Source: an uncultured Gemmatimonadota bacterium (GTDB lineage Bacteria; GCA-2686955; CAYMWF01). Taken from it: DNA of 32,000 bases. Positions 1 to 10,237 of this stretch are shown in pieces (positions within the stretch are counted from its first letter, which is position 1; every line of letters begins with the position of its first letter). Under the pieces are notes generated by a model, which made no database searches, was not told the DNA's origin, and saw only the letters and a list, made by a program, of their open reading frames with translations. The DNA is taken from the NCBI GenBank assembly GCA_964394085.1, contig CAYMWF010000014.1, positions 27,167 to 59,166 of the forward strand. Direction: 5' to 3'. Position numbers and translations under genes: made by a program.

Positions 1-2
1 AT

Positions 3-239
3 CCGAATATCGGCGAGCTTCTTCCCGCTATGGGGTATGGCGATAAGCAGGTCCGGGACCTCCAGGAGACGATAGCCGCAACCGAATGTGATGCGGTGAT
101 AATCGGCACGCCGATCGATCTGCGCAGAATAGTAAAAATCGATAAACCGAGCCACAGGGTCAGGTATGATATTCAGGAAATCGGCTATCCCGATTTACGT
201 TATGTGATTGATGAATTCCTGTCGAAAACCGGCGTCTGA
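3..239 (+). CDS. C-terminal fragment of a predicted GTPase related to cyclic 2,3-diphosphoglycerate synthetase (runs off left edge)
   Basis: The open frame continues to the left edge (PNIGELLPAMGYGDKQVRDLQETI...). C-terminal motif CDAVIIGTPIDLRRIVKIDKPSHRVRYDIQEIG resembles that family. It sits directly upstream of carbamate kinase. Confidence 0.7.
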   Translation, partial: PNIGELLPAMGYGDKQVRDLQETIAATECDAVIIGTPIDLRRIVKIDKPSHRVRYDIQEIGYPDLRYVIDEFLSKTGV

Positions 240-250
240 ATGTAAATAAA

Positions 251-1201
251 ATGAATAAACGAGCAGTCGTAGCCGTTGGTGGAAATGCCATCACGGGCCC
301 CGATGATACCGGGGAGATCGCGGAGCAGTTTGCGAATACGCGTCGTTCCCTCGAAGGGATTGTGAAGCTTATCCGGGAAGGATGGGAACTTGTAATAACC
401 CACGGGAACGGTCCCCAGATAGGCAATGCCCTCATTAGGGTGGAGGAAGGAAGCAGGCTGGTCCCGGTGCTGCCTCTCGGAGTTCTCGTTGCCGACCTGC
501 AGGGCGGAATAGGTTACATGATAGGGCAATCCCTTCAGAACAGGCTGCACAGAGACAGAATCAGCAAATCGGTGGCTACCGTCCTTACCCAGGTGATAGT
601 CGAAAGTGACGATCCTTCCCTGAAAAATCCGACAAAGCCTATCGGCCCGTATTTCAGCGGCCGAAGAGCCGGGGAACTGGAAAGGGAGCGGGGCTGGTCG
701 ACCAAAAGGGTGGAAAAGGAGAAATACAGAAGGGTCGTTCCGTCTCCTCATCCTTCGGTCACTGTGGAGCGTGAAACGATCCGCAGCCTGCTGGACGCGG
801 GCAATATCGTGATCGCGTGCGGCGGCGGCGGTATTCCGGTATATGTTGAAGATGACGGAACCCTGGAAGGGGTGGATGCAGTAATAGACAAAGACAAAGC
901 TTCTGCTTTACTCGCTTCGGAGATAAATGCGGATCTGCTCGTTATCCTTACGGGCGTTCCGAAAGTCTTTCTCGATTTCGAAAGTCCGGATCGCTTACCT
1001 CTCGACAAGGTCAGCCTGCCTGTCATCGAACGCTATTATAATGAGGGGCACTTTCCGGAGGGGAGCATGGGACCCAAGATAGAAGCGAGTATCGATTTCC
1101 TTAAATCGCGTGGTGGCGAGGCCAGGGTCCTCATCACTTCGTTCGACCGTCTGCCCGACGGACTCGAGGGGCGAGACGGAACTCTGATTATTAACGATTA
1201 G
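251..1201 (+). CDS. arcC: Carbamate kinase
   Basis: 316 aa. N-terminal AVVAVGGNAI; THGNGPQIGNALIR; IACGGGGIPV; VIDKDKASALLASEINADLLVILTGV; C-terminal EGSMGPKIEASIDFL. Confidence 0.95.
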   Translation: MNKRAVVAVGGNAITGPDDTGEIAEQFANTRRSLEGIVKLIREGWELVITHGNGPQIGNALIRVEEGSRLVPVLPLGVLVADLQGGIGYMIGQSLQNRLHRDRISKSVATVLTQVIVESDDPSLKNPTKPIGPYFSGRRAGELERERGWSTKRVEKEKYRRVVPSPHPSVTVERETIRSLLDAGNIVIACGGGGIPVYVEDDGTLEGVDAVIDKDKASALLASEINADLLVILTGVPKVFLDFESPDRLPLDKVSLPVIERYYNEGHFPEGSMGPKIEASIDFLKSRGGEARVLITSFDRLPDGLEGRDGTLIIND

Positions 1202-1310
1202 CTTCAGGCGATTCCCGACAGCCGTTTCAGGCCCGGGATACGCCGCGCAGTATCCGACACCCACAGCGAACGATCCGGTTCGTGCAGGGAACGGATTAAA
1301 GGAGTGCAGG

Positions 1311-2444
1311 ATGAAAATCCACGAATACCAGGCGAGAGAAATATTCGCCTCGCAAGGCATCCCGGTGCCCGAAGGCGGGATTGCGATGACGGCGGAAGAA
1401 GCCGGGGAAATCGCATCGGGTATTGATGGACCGGTGGTTGTCAAGGCGCAGGTCCATGTAGGCGGTAGAGGTAAAGCGGGAGGTGTCAAACTCGCCGCGA
1501 ATCCCGGAGAAGCGCTTGAAAAAGCAGCAGGTATTCTGGGAATGGATATTAAGGGGCTGCAAGTAAAGAAAGTGCTTGTAGCGAAGGCCGTTGACATCGT
1601 TTCCGAAGCTTATGTGGGCATTATTGTCGACAGAAAAACACAGAAACCTGTTTTGATGGTGAGTCCGGCGGGAGGGGTGGATATCGAGCAAGTGGCCCGC
1701 GAGACGCCTGAAAAGATATTCAAATGTGAAATAGAGCCGGCATACGGGTTACTGCCCAGCCAGGCTAAACACCTTGCTTTCAAACTTTTCGATGATAAGA
1801 AAAAAGCCTTTCAGACTGCTGACATAATCTCCAAGATGTATGAGGCCTTCATCAAGATCGACGGTTCGCTGGCGGAAATCAACCCTCTCATTGAAGATAC
1901 AGACGGAATAATCTGGGCAATCGATGCGAAAATCAATATCGATGACAGCGGGCTTGTCCGGCATCCGGATATCGAAAGACTGAGGGATATCGACGAAGAG
2001 ATCGGCTCGGAGGTCGAAGCGAGGAACGCCGGGCTGTCCTACGTCAAGCTGGATGGTAATGTAGGATGCATTGTGAACGGTGCCGGTCTGGCGATGGCGA
2101 CAATGGATCTGATAAAACTTCGCGGCGGAGAACCTGCGAACTTCCTTGATATCGGCGGCAGTTCGAATCCCGAGAAGGTTTTGAATGCGATGCGTATTAT
2201 CCTGAAGGATCCCAACGTGAAAGTCATCCTGTTCAATATTTTCGGAGGAATCACCCGTTGCGACGACGTGGCGCGGGGAATCGGGCAGGCTCTGGAAGAG
2301 ATCGATTGCGGCGTGCCGATTGTGATCAGGCTTGCCGGCACGAATAGTGAGGAAGCTGCAGAAATTCTGAAGACAATGAATCTAGAGTCGGCCGACACGA
2401 TGGATAACGGCGTCCGCAAAGCGATCGAGCTTGCGCAGGTTTAA
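1311..2444 (+). CDS. sucC: Succinyl-CoA ligase (ADP/GDP-forming) beta subunit
   Basis: 377 aa. MKIHEYQAREIFASQGIPVPEGG ATP-grasp start; AQVHVGGRGKAGGVKLA; NGAGLAMATMDLIKLRGGEPANFLDIGG; followed by sucD. Confidence 0.97.
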   Translation: MKIHEYQAREIFASQGIPVPEGGIAMTAEEAGEIASGIDGPVVVKAQVHVGGRGKAGGVKLAANPGEALEKAAGILGMDIKGLQVKKVLVAKAVDIVSEAYVGIIVDRKTQKPVLMVSPAGGVDIEQVARETPEKIFKCEIEPAYGLLPSQAKHLAFKLFDDKKKAFQTADIISKMYEAFIKIDGSLAEINPLIEDTDGIIWAIDAKINIDDSGLVRHPDIERLRDIDEEIGSEVEARNAGLSYVKLDGNVGCIVNGAGLAMATMDLIKLRGGEPANFLDIGGSSNPEKVLNAMRIILKDPNVKVILFNIFGGITRCDDVARGIGQALEEIDCGVPIVIRLAGTNSEEAAEILKTMNLESADTMDNGVRKAIELAQV

Positions 2445-2458
2445 GGGGAGGATGACAC

Positions 2459-3328
2459 GTGAGTATCTTTCTGAACAGCGATAACAAGGTCCTGATCCAG
2501 GGTGTAACCGGACGGGACGGAGCATTTCATACACAACAGATGGTAGATTATGGTACCAAGGTCGTGGCCGGCGTCACCCCGGGGAAAGCGGGCACCGAAG
2601 TACATGGTGTTCCCGTTTTCAACTCCGTAGAGGACGCTGTAAACGCGACCAATGCCGACACATCGGTAATCTATGTGCCCGCAATGTTTGCCGCTGATGC
2701 AATCATGGAAGCTGCGGCCAACGGTATCAAACTCATAATAGCCGTAACCGAAGGGATTCCGGTTCTCGATGTATCCCGCGCAGCGAAGTTCATTTCGGAG
2801 CGCGGAGCGAGGATGATCGGACCCAACTGTCCCGGTATAATCTCGCCAGGCAAATCAAAGGCAGGTATTATGCCGGGATATATCCACCGGGAGGGTCCGA
2901 TAGGGCTGGTTTCCCGGAGCGGAACGCTCACGTACGAAGTCGTGCACCTTCTGACCGAAGCAGGCCTGGGTCAATCGAGCTGCATCGGTATTGGCGGCGA
3001 TCCGATTATCGGCACTAATTTTATCGACTGCCTCGATGCCTTCGAAAAAGATCCCCAGACGAAAGGGATAGTTTTAATCGGTGAGATCGGCGGCACCGAC
3101 GAAGAGGAAGCGGCACGCTATATCGAGGAACATATAACAAAACCCGTGGTCGGTTTCATTGTCGGACGAACCGCGCCCCCGGGAAAGAGAATGGGTCATG
3201 CGGGCGCAATCATTTCCGGAAGCGCCGGAACCGCCGAAGACAAGATAAAGGCATTGGCTGCTGCAGGAGTGCCGGTAGCGGACAGCCCGTCCGGCATAAT
3301 AACCTTGATGAAGGAGCGCCTGGCCTGA
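2459..3328 (+). CDS. sucD: Succinyl-CoA ligase alpha subunit (GTG start)
   Basis: 289 aa. [33 protein letters not shown]; [21 protein letters not shown]; active-site context [18 protein letters not shown]. Confidence 0.97.
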   Translation: MSIFLNSDNKVLIQGVTGRDGAFHTQQMVDYGTKVVAGVTPGKAGTEVHGVPVFNSVEDAVNATNADTSVIYVPAMFAADAIMEAAANGIKLIIAVTEGIPVLDVSRAAKFISERGARMIGPNCPGIISPGKSKAGIMPGYIHREGPIGLVSRSGTLTYEVVHLLTEAGLGQSSCIGIGGDPIIGTNFIDCLDAFEKDPQTKGIVLIGEIGGTDEEEAARYIEEHITKPVVGFIVGRTAPPGKRMGHAGAIISGSAGTAEDKIKALAAAGVPVADSPSGIITLMKERLA

Positions 3329-3402
3329 TTTTTTGAATCGAACCGGGGGGCATCGTACTCGAGTCTCCCGGTTGGTTCTTTACATCGGCGACGGATATCC
3401 GC

Positions 3403-4323
3403 ATGAGTGAACTGTCAGCAATATTGCCGGAGGAGATGATCTTCACGGATATAAGCGCGAAAACGAAATGGAGCGCTATTCGTGAAATCTTCGACAAGAT
3501 GTCCGAAGTCATGACTTTCGTCGACCGGGAGCCGCTTGTTCAGGCCGTCGTGGAAAGAGAGCAGATTTCCAGCACATCGGTGGTGAAAGGCGTCGCTTTC
3601 CCCCACGCCCGCACTCACCTGACCGATCAGCTTGTAATCTCCCTGGGCATTTCAAAAACCGGCATCGATTTCTTTCGTGAAGACAGGACGCCGGTTCACT
3701 TGATCTTCCTGATGTTGACACCTGCGAGCGTCAGCAGGTTATACCTTAATACTCTGTCCGCACTGGCGGAATTTCTCAAAGCCGACGGTGCTCTGGAAAA
3801 TCTTGTTGATAAAGAAACGCCCCGGGAGGTCTGGCAGGCGATCAGGGATGCGAGAATCAGGCTCGAAACAAGTATGATCGCATCGGATATAATGAATTCC
3901 CGCTATTCAGTGGCGCAGCCTGATATGTCTCTGCAGGAGGCGGCGAACATCATAGCAGAGAATAATATCTCCTGCCTTCCCGTTGTGAATGAGCGAAACG
4001 AAGTGGTCGGACTCCTTTCAGAAACCGACCTGATCCGTATTGCTTTGCCGAGGCTGAAGGAATTTACAGGTGAGCTCGAGCTGAAATCGGACAAAACCAC
4101 CATCCTGGAGAAACTGCTCGGCGGCAGTAAAAGAAATGTTGGAGATGTGATGTCTACGCAGGTCCTGTGCATATCGGCGACTGCGACCCTCCAGGAAATC
4201 GCTGCGACTATGATTTCCCGGGATATCAGGATCCTTCCGGTGGTTGAAAAAGGAACCCTCGTCGGGATAGTCGGGAGCGCGGATATCCTCCGGAACATCA
4301 TCCGTCGTGTCGGGCGCGTTTAG
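3403..4323 (+). CDS. PTS EIIA type-2 (PtsN-like) domain fused to a CBS-domain pair
   Basis: N-terminal EIIA fold signature with KGVAFPHARTHL (phospho-His context). C-terminal pair of CBS domains (MNSRYSVAQPDMSLQEAANIIAENNISCLPVVNERNEVVGLLSETDLI ... MSTQVLCISATATLQEIAATMISRDIRILPVVEKGTLVGIVGSADIL). Confidence 0.88.
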   Translation: MSELSAILPEEMIFTDISAKTKWSAIREIFDKMSEVMTFVDREPLVQAVVEREQISSTSVVKGVAFPHARTHLTDQLVISLGISKTGIDFFREDRTPVHLIFLMLTPASVSRLYLNTLSALAEFLKADGALENLVDKETPREVWQAIRDARIRLETSMIASDIMNSRYSVAQPDMSLQEAANIIAENNISCLPVVNERNEVVGLLSETDLIRIALPRLKEFTGELELKSDKTTILEKLLGGSKRNVGDVMSTQVLCISATATLQEIAATMISRDIRILPVVEKGTLVGIVGSADILRNIIRRVGRV

Positions 4324-4372
4324 TATTTAAATATTGACATGGAATTCGGCTGAATTTAGATTGCGGCCTTTT

Positions 4373-4807
4373 ATGAAAAAGCTTGTCTACGATATCCGGG
4401 AGCTTCCCGAAGGCAATACAACCATAGGTCGATCGATCGATCCCGATGAGTTGGAGTTGGGAGCTTTTGAATCGGTTCGTCTCGAACCGATCGAATTGAA
4501 TGTCCGGATTCAAAAAACAGACCATGTAATATCGATCAGCGGGAAGAGCGAAGGACGATATCAATACGAATGCAGTCGTTGTCTGAAGGTCTTTCATGAG
4601 TCGTTCGAGATTCAGGTGGAACACAGCCGAAGTACCGAGGATCTTGAAACAGCGTATTCCGGGAAACTCGATATCGGAGAGATGATTCGGGAGGAAATCC
4701 TGATAGGAGTTGATGAACGGCCACTCTGCGAACCCGACTGCAAGGGTCTCTGCGCCGGGTGCGGCGCAGATATGAATGAAGAGATCTGCAAATGCAATCC
4801 TGTATAG
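4373..4807 (+). CDS. DUF177/YceD family protein upstream of rpmF
   Basis: The ORF track starts at TTG 4334; ATG 4373 (MKKLVYDIRELPEG) is the more likely start. CSRCLKVFHESFEIQVE and CEPDCKGLCAGCGADMNEEICKC are typical YceD metal-binding motifs. It lies immediately upstream of L32. Confidence 0.85.
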   Translation: MKKLVYDIRELPEGNTTIGRSIDPDELELGAFESVRLEPIELNVRIQKTDHVISISGKSEGRYQYECSRCLKVFHESFEIQVEHSRSTEDLETAYSGKLDIGEMIREEILIGVDERPLCEPDCKGLCAGCGADMNEEICKCNPV

Positions 4808-4955
4808 GATTGAAATATCAATAAAGAATAACCGGTCCACAGGAAGGTCAACCCGGGATGTTGTGACAATATTCACGTATCTGCAACGATTGAATCAGAC
4901 AAGAAGAAACAACGTGGATTTGACTGCAGAGGATCGGTGACAAGGGAGAATAAAC

Positions 4956-5138
4956 ATGGCAGTACCAAAACGAAAAATCTCGAAGGCGAGAGGTGCAAAA
5001 CGCAGAACCCACTGGAAAGTCAAGGCACCCGGCCTGGCCACCTGCAGCCATTGCGGCCAGCCCGTTCAGCCCCACAGGGTTTGCCCTCATTGCGGGTTTT
5101 ACAAAGGTGAAGAGATAATTCCAGAAGAGACTGATTAG
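4956..5138 (+). CDS. rpmF: 50S ribosomal protein L32
   Basis: 60 aa. MAVPKRKISKARGAKRRTHWK and zinc ribbon CSHCG...CPHCGFYKGEE. Confidence 0.97.
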   Translation: MAVPKRKISKARGAKRRTHWKVKAPGLATCSHCGQPVQPHRVCPHCGFYKGEEIIPEETD

Positions 5139-5209
5139 TATATTTCAAGGTGAAACAGACAGTTTCCTGAGACGTCCTTCATCCGTAACACCTTAGAGGA
5201 CAATGCTAT

Positions 5210-6148
5210 ATGGGTAATAGATCGGTATGGTTGTTTCCGGGGCAAGGCTCCCAGCATGTGGGTATGGGGCGTGAGTTATTCGACTCTTTCCGCGACGTGA
5301 AAGATCTTTACGCTGAAGCGGATGAAATTCTCGGCTTCTCGATCTCGAAACTTTCTTTCGGCGGTCCCGATGAACGGCTGGTTGAAACGAGGAACGCTCA
5401 GCCGGCGCTTTTTGTGCTCAGCACGGCCGTTGCGGGTTTGTTGACTTCCGCGGCGCCATTGCCGGAAGCTGCAGCAGGACACAGCCTCGGCGAATACTCC
5501 GCCTTCCATGCCGCAGGGGTATTTTCTTTCGAGGAAGCCTTGAGAGTCGTCAGGTTGAGAGGTGAGTTGATGTATTCCTCCGGCATCGCCCGGCCTGGAG
5601 CTATGGCTGCGGTTATCGGGCTGGACGGAAATGCGGTTGAAGAGGTATGCAGAGGTTACCGAGGGGATGGCGAAGTCACTGTAGCGAATTTCAATTCGCC
5701 GAACCAGTCGGTTATATCGGGAGACGAAACTGCGGTAGCTAATGTGGCTGACGAGATGAAACAGGCCGGTGCGCGACTTGTGAAGAAACTCCATGTCAGC
5801 GGAGCCTTCCACAGCAGTCTCATGGAACCGGCCTCGGAAGAATTATCCAGACGCCTCGATGAGGTAGAATTCGTCACGGCCCGGTTTCCGGTGGTTGCCA
5901 ATGCGAGCGCTGAATATGTCGATACCCCGCAAGGTATCGTGGATTCTCTCAAGAACCAGTTGACATCTCCGGTGCAATGGCTTCGTTCGATGGAGAATCT
6001 GGATGTTCTTGAACCCGATGTTTTTGTCGAATGCGGTTCCGGAAATGTTCTTGCGGGGCTCATGAGAAGAATCAACGGGCGGAACAGGGTCCTGACCACC
6101 AGAACACCGGCGGAGGTAGAGACTGCGATTTCGGAGATCCTGAAATGA
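5210..6148 (+). CDS. fabD: Malonyl-CoA:ACP transacylase
   Basis: 312 aa. VWLFPGQGSQHVGMG; active-site GHSLGEYSA; VSGAFHSSLM. Confidence 0.96.
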   Translation: MGNRSVWLFPGQGSQHVGMGRELFDSFRDVKDLYAEADEILGFSISKLSFGGPDERLVETRNAQPALFVLSTAVAGLLTSAAPLPEAAAGHSLGEYSAFHAAGVFSFEEALRVVRLRGELMYSSGIARPGAMAAVIGLDGNAVEEVCRGYRGDGEVTVANFNSPNQSVISGDETAVANVADEMKQAGARLVKKLHVSGAFHSSLMEPASEELSRRLDEVEFVTARFPVVANASAEYVDTPQGIVDSLKNQLTSPVQWLRSMENLDVLEPDVFVECGSGNVLAGLMRRINGRNRVLTTRTPAEVETAISEILK

Positions 6149-6900
6149 GACCGTCATACCGGCTGGATAATAAAACAGCATTCATCACGGGAGCATCGGG
6201 TGGCATCGGCAGAGCTGCAGCTCTGAAATTCGCTGAGGCCGGAGCGCGATTGCATCTCGCCGATCTCGATTTGGACGGTTTGAGTGAAACGGAAGAGCTG
6301 GTCAAACAGTCCGCTGCAGCATGCTTCAGTCATGAACTCGACGTCGGCGACAGCGTGAGCGTAAAAAAAGTAACTGAGACGATTCTCAAGCTGAGTGATT
6401 CCATCGATATTCTCGTGAATATTGCCGGCATCACCAGAGACAACCTGCTTATCCGTATGAAAGATACCGAGTGGGACGATGTGCTTCGCGTTAATTTGAC
6501 GGGTGCTTTCTATTGTACCCGCTCCGTTTTGCAGATCATGATGAAAAGACGTTCGGGGAGTATAATCAACGTTGCATCGGTTACCGGGATAACGGGAAAT
6601 ATCGGACAGGCCAACTATTCCTCTTCGAAAGCGGGACTGGTCGCTCTGACAAAAACCGCGGCACGGGAGGGCGCTCTGCGAGGAATCCGCGTGAACGGAG
6701 TGGCTCCCGGATTTATTGAAACAGCCATGACCGGTAAACTTTCTGAAAAAGCGCGTGAACGTGTTATTCAGATGATTCCTCTCGGTTCTCCGGGTATACC
6801 CGATGATGTCGCTGAAGCAATACTGTTTTTAGCATCCGATGCCGCCGGATATATAACCGGTCAGACTTTGCTGGTTGACGGCGGCCTGATGATGAGATAA
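6145..6900 (+). CDS. fabG: 3-oxoacyl-ACP reductase (SDR)
   Basis: The track ORF starts at 6031 inside fabD. ATG 6145 overlaps the fabD stop (ATGA). FITGASGGIGRAAALKFAEAGA; NIAGITRDNLL; YSSSKAGL. Confidence 0.95.
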   Translation: MRPSYRLDNKTAFITGASGGIGRAAALKFAEAGARLHLADLDLDGLSETEELVKQSAAACFSHELDVGDSVSVKKVTETILKLSDSIDILVNIAGITRDNLLIRMKDTEWDDVLRVNLTGAFYCTRSVLQIMMKRRSGSIINVASVTGITGNIGQANYSSSKAGLVALTKTAAREGALRGIRVNGVAPGFIETAMTGKLSEKARERVIQMIPLGSPGIPDDVAEAILFLASDAAGYITGQTLLVDGGLMMR

Positions 6901-6956
6901 TTAATCGGAGCATTTTCACGAGGTAGAAATTTATAGCTCATCGAAAGGAGCAATCC

Positions 6957-7199
6957 ATGACGCTGGAAGAAAAAGTAAAGGAAATCATCGCTGAGCAGTT
7001 GAGTATCGAAGTATCACAGATTAAGGCTGAATCCTCGTTTATCGAAGACCTCGGAGCGGATTCCTTAGCCACGGTCGAGCTCATTCTCGCTCTCGAAGAT
7101 GCTTTCGATATCGAAGTGCCGGAAGAAGAGGCCGAAAAGCTGCTTACTGTTCAGAATGCAATCGACTATATTAAAGGCACCGTAGACTGGGAAGGATAG
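6957..7199 (+). CDS. acpP: Acyl carrier protein
   Basis: 80 aa acidic protein with phosphopantetheine site [14 protein letters not shown]. Confidence 0.98.
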   Translation: MTLEEKVKEIIAEQLSIEVSQIKAESSFIEDLGADSLATVELILALEDAFDIEVPEEEAEKLLTVQNAIDYIKGTVDWEG

Positions 7200-7338
7200 A
7201 CCTCCTTAAGCCGGCCGGTGATCAGGTCAGTTTGATGAATTTCGTTTTGGAGGGTGTGTTGCGCTTTTACGCTATATTGTCGATACGTGCGATATGTCGT
7301 TATCGGATTCTTTCCGGCAGGGGAAAGGGGGGAACGGT

Positions 7339-8577
7339 ATGCGGAAAATCGTAGTCACCGGTATGGGTGCCGTGACCCCTATCGGGAACAGTGTGAATGC
7401 CTTCTGGGATTCACTGGTTGAAGGCAGATCCGGCATCGGCCCCATTACTTTGCTTGATACGAGCGACCTTCCCGCCCACATCGGGGGTGAGGTCAAGGAG
7501 CTTGATTTCAACAGTCATCTTTTGACACGCGAGGAAAAGATTTCCGACCGGTACACAAAATTCGCACTTATCGCAAGCCAGGAGGCGGTTACACAAGCCG
7601 GTTTGACTGTCGATGAGAGCAACGCCGATAGAATCGGTGTCCTTATCGGGACCGGTATCGGCGGGATGAAGACTATCGAGACGAACATCGAGAGGACTCT
7701 GAAGCGGGGCCCTCGAAAAATGTCCCCTTATGCAATCCCGATGAGCATTCCGGATATGGCATCCGGACTTGTTGCAATCAGGCTGGGCGCCCTCGGACCG
7801 AATTTCAGCATCGCTTCCGCCTGTGCTACCGGCGCCCACGCGATCGGTACATCCATGAGGATCATTCAGTACGGAGATGCTGATGTAATGATTACCGGGG
7901 GAACCGAGGCATCGATAACAGATTTCGCCGTTGCCTGTTTCGGAAACATGAAAGCGCTCAGCAGCCGTGAGGAACCTCCTGAAGAAGCAAGCTGTCCTTT
8001 CGACAAAAGAAGGGACGGGTTCGTTATAGCCGAAGGTGCGGGCGTTTTGGTGCTTGAATCGGAGGAATCCGCCTTGGCGAGAGGGGCCGATATCCTTGCC
8101 GAGCTGTCCGGATACGGTGCATCGGCTGATGCCTATCACATAACGGCGCCGGATGTCACCGGGCGCGGCGCTAAACTGGGAATGAGAATGGCCGTCAAGG
8201 ACGCCGGGATATCAGGGAATGAAATCGATTATATCAATGCGCACGGAACCTCCACTCCTTTGAATGATCCGATGGAGACCCGCGCAATCAAGGATGTCTT
8301 CGGGCAGGAAAAGGCCGCTGAACTGAAGATAAGCTCGAGCAAATCGATGATCGGTCATCTGCTCGGCGCAGCCCCTGCGGTAGAAGCAATAGCATCCATA
8401 ATGACCATCCGCAGCGGAGTTGTTCATCCGACGATCAATTACCGGGAGCCTGATCCGGACTGTGATCTCGATTACACGCCGAATGAGCCAGTTGAAAAAA
8501 AGGTTGGTGCGGTCCTGTCCAATTCTTTCGGGTTCGGCGGTCATAACGGATGTCTTATATTCAGGAATTATGATTGA
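7339..8577 (+). CDS. fabF: Beta-ketoacyl-ACP synthase II
   Basis: The track ORF starts at 7294; ATG 7339 (MRKIVVTGMGAVTPIG) is the more likely start. Catalytic Cys in ASACATGAHAIG, His in NAHGTSTPLND, and KSMIGHLLGAA. Confidence 0.96.
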   Translation: MRKIVVTGMGAVTPIGNSVNAFWDSLVEGRSGIGPITLLDTSDLPAHIGGEVKELDFNSHLLTREEKISDRYTKFALIASQEAVTQAGLTVDESNADRIGVLIGTGIGGMKTIETNIERTLKRGPRKMSPYAIPMSIPDMASGLVAIRLGALGPNFSIASACATGAHAIGTSMRIIQYGDADVMITGGTEASITDFAVACFGNMKALSSREEPPEEASCPFDKRRDGFVIAEGAGVLVLESEESALARGADILAELSGYGASADAYHITAPDVTGRGAKLGMRMAVKDAGISGNEIDYINAHGTSTPLNDPMETRAIKDVFGQEKAAELKISSSKSMIGHLLGAAPAVEAIASIMTIRSGVVHPTINYREPDPDCDLDYTPNEPVEKKVGAVLSNSFGFGGHNGCLIFRNYD

Positions 8578-8638
8578 TACAGATTGAATTCCTGATAATT
8601 CAAAAATCCTGTCGTTAGGATGGATGCCGTAATTTTTT

Positions 8639-9415
8639 ATGTTTTCAAAATTTTTTAAAACCAGGCAAGGGGAAGTTGAAGGTTTCCTGGGTAAAAGCAG
8701 GATGGCAGCACTGAAGGAATTCCAGAAAAAAGCGGGATTGTCATTTAATAATCCCGCTCTTCTCAACCAGGCCCTTTGTCACCGTTCTTTCGTTCATACC
8801 ATTGGAAAATCGGGACTCGATTCGAACGAGAGGCTCGAATTCCTTGGGGATTCGGTCCTGGAACTGGCGGTAAATGAGCATTTATACCGCATTTATCCTG
8901 ATTACCGGGAGGGTAAACTCACGCAGATCAGATCACTGGTGGTGAGCAAAGTGTATCTCTCGAACAAAGCCAGAAGTCTCGGGCTTGGAGAGTACCTCCT
9001 GCTCAGCAGGGAAGAAGTGCTGTCCGGAGGTCGAAACAGGCATTCCATCCTCGGAGATACATACGAGGCCCTGATAGGCGCTATATATCTTGATAGAGGA
9101 TGGAAAACCGCTCAACAGTTCATCAATAAAGAGATCCTGTCATCCATAGAAGAGATAGATCCGGTCGATAATGTACTGAATACGAAGAATCTCCTGCAGG
9201 AATGGGCTCAGAAGCAAAAGGGCACCCAGCCCAGGTACAAACTTCGCTCGAAGGATGGGCCGGATCACAGTAAGCGGTTCATAGTGGATGTGTTTATATC
9301 CAGGAAAAGAATGGGGACGGGACGCGGTGGAACCAAGAAAGAAGCAGAGCTTGCATCCGCAAGGAGTGCACTTGAAAAGATCAATAAAAAGTATCCAGAT
9401 AGGAGGAATTCATGA
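8639..9415 (+). CDS. rnc: Ribonuclease III
   Basis: NERLEFLGDSVLELAVNEHLY signature, GDTYEALIGAIYLD, and C-terminal dsRBD (GSGRG-like GTGRGGTKKEAELASARSAL). Confidence 0.95.
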   Translation: MFSKFFKTRQGEVEGFLGKSRMAALKEFQKKAGLSFNNPALLNQALCHRSFVHTIGKSGLDSNERLEFLGDSVLELAVNEHLYRIYPDYREGKLTQIRSLVVSKVYLSNKARSLGLGEYLLLSREEVLSGGRNRHSILGDTYEALIGAIYLDRGWKTAQQFINKEILSSIEEIDPVDNVLNTKNLLQEWAQKQKGTQPRYKLRSKDGPDHSKRFIVDVFISRKRMGTGRGGTKKEAELASARSALEKINKKYPDRRNS

Positions 9416-10191
9416 AAATAGCCGTTTGCGCAAAACAAGTACCTGATTCAGAGGTGAAGGTCGAAATTCAGGATGGGAAAATCCAGGATCAAGACTTCAC
9501 TTACATTGTTAACCCATACGATGAATTCGCGGTGGAAGAAGCGCTGAAGATCAAAGAGGCGAAAGGCGATGGTGAAGTGACCGTGTTCACAATCGGCGGC
9601 GAACGAGCCAAAGAAGCAGTAAGAACATGCCTGGCCATGGGTGCCGATAAAGCCGTATTGATAAATGATCCGCTTCTTGAGAATACTGATTCGAACGGTC
9701 GAGCCCTGGCGCTCTCGAAGGCGATCGGAAACGGCGGTTACGATCTGGTCATCTGTGGGAAACAGGCGATCGATCTCGATGACGCCCAGACCGGTATCAG
9801 GTTGGCTGAAAAACTCGGCTTCGCACATGCCGGGTCGATAAACAAGCTTGAATGGGCGGACGATTATTCCGGGTTCAATGCCCACAGGGATATCGAGGGC
9901 GGTACTGAAGTTTTGAGTGCATCGCTCCCTGCAGTCATCGTGGCCACGAAAGGGCTGAACGAACCGCGATACGCTTCTCTCAGAGGTATAATGATGGCTA
10001 AGCGGAAACCGATCGAAGAGGTGGATGCGGCGGGTCTTGAACTTTCGGAAGAAGATCTCAAGCCCAAAGTCTCGCAGGTCAGCGTGGCGAAACCCCCGGA
10101 ACGGAAGGCGGGCATAACCGTGACCGGTGATGCGGATGAAACAGTGCCGCAGCTCATGGATTTTCTCAAGAACGAAGCAAAGATTATATAG
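9412..10191 (+). CDS. etfB: Electron transfer flavoprotein beta subunit
   Basis: MKIAVCAKQVPDSEVKV; NPYDEFAVEEAL; CGKQAIDLDDAQTG; adjacent to etfA. Overlaps the rnc stop by 4 nt. Confidence 0.95.
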   Translation: MKIAVCAKQVPDSEVKVEIQDGKIQDQDFTYIVNPYDEFAVEEALKIKEAKGDGEVTVFTIGGERAKEAVRTCLAMGADKAVLINDPLLENTDSNGRALALSKAIGNGGYDLVICGKQAIDLDDAQTGIRLAEKLGFAHAGSINKLEWADDYSGFNAHRDIEGGTEVLSASLPAVIVATKGLNEPRYASLRGIMMAKRKPIEEVDAAGLELSEEDLKPKVSQVSVAKPPERKAGITVTGDADETVPQLMDFLKNEAKII

Positions 10192-10237
10192 ACAAAAAAA
10201 CGTTAATACCCCGCCCGGGTGGGGTAAGGAGATAGTA

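Noticed and set aside
200-751. Minus-strand 183-aa ORF antisense to carbamate kinase.
   Set aside because: It is a shadow frame of a well-supported gene, with no independent signature.
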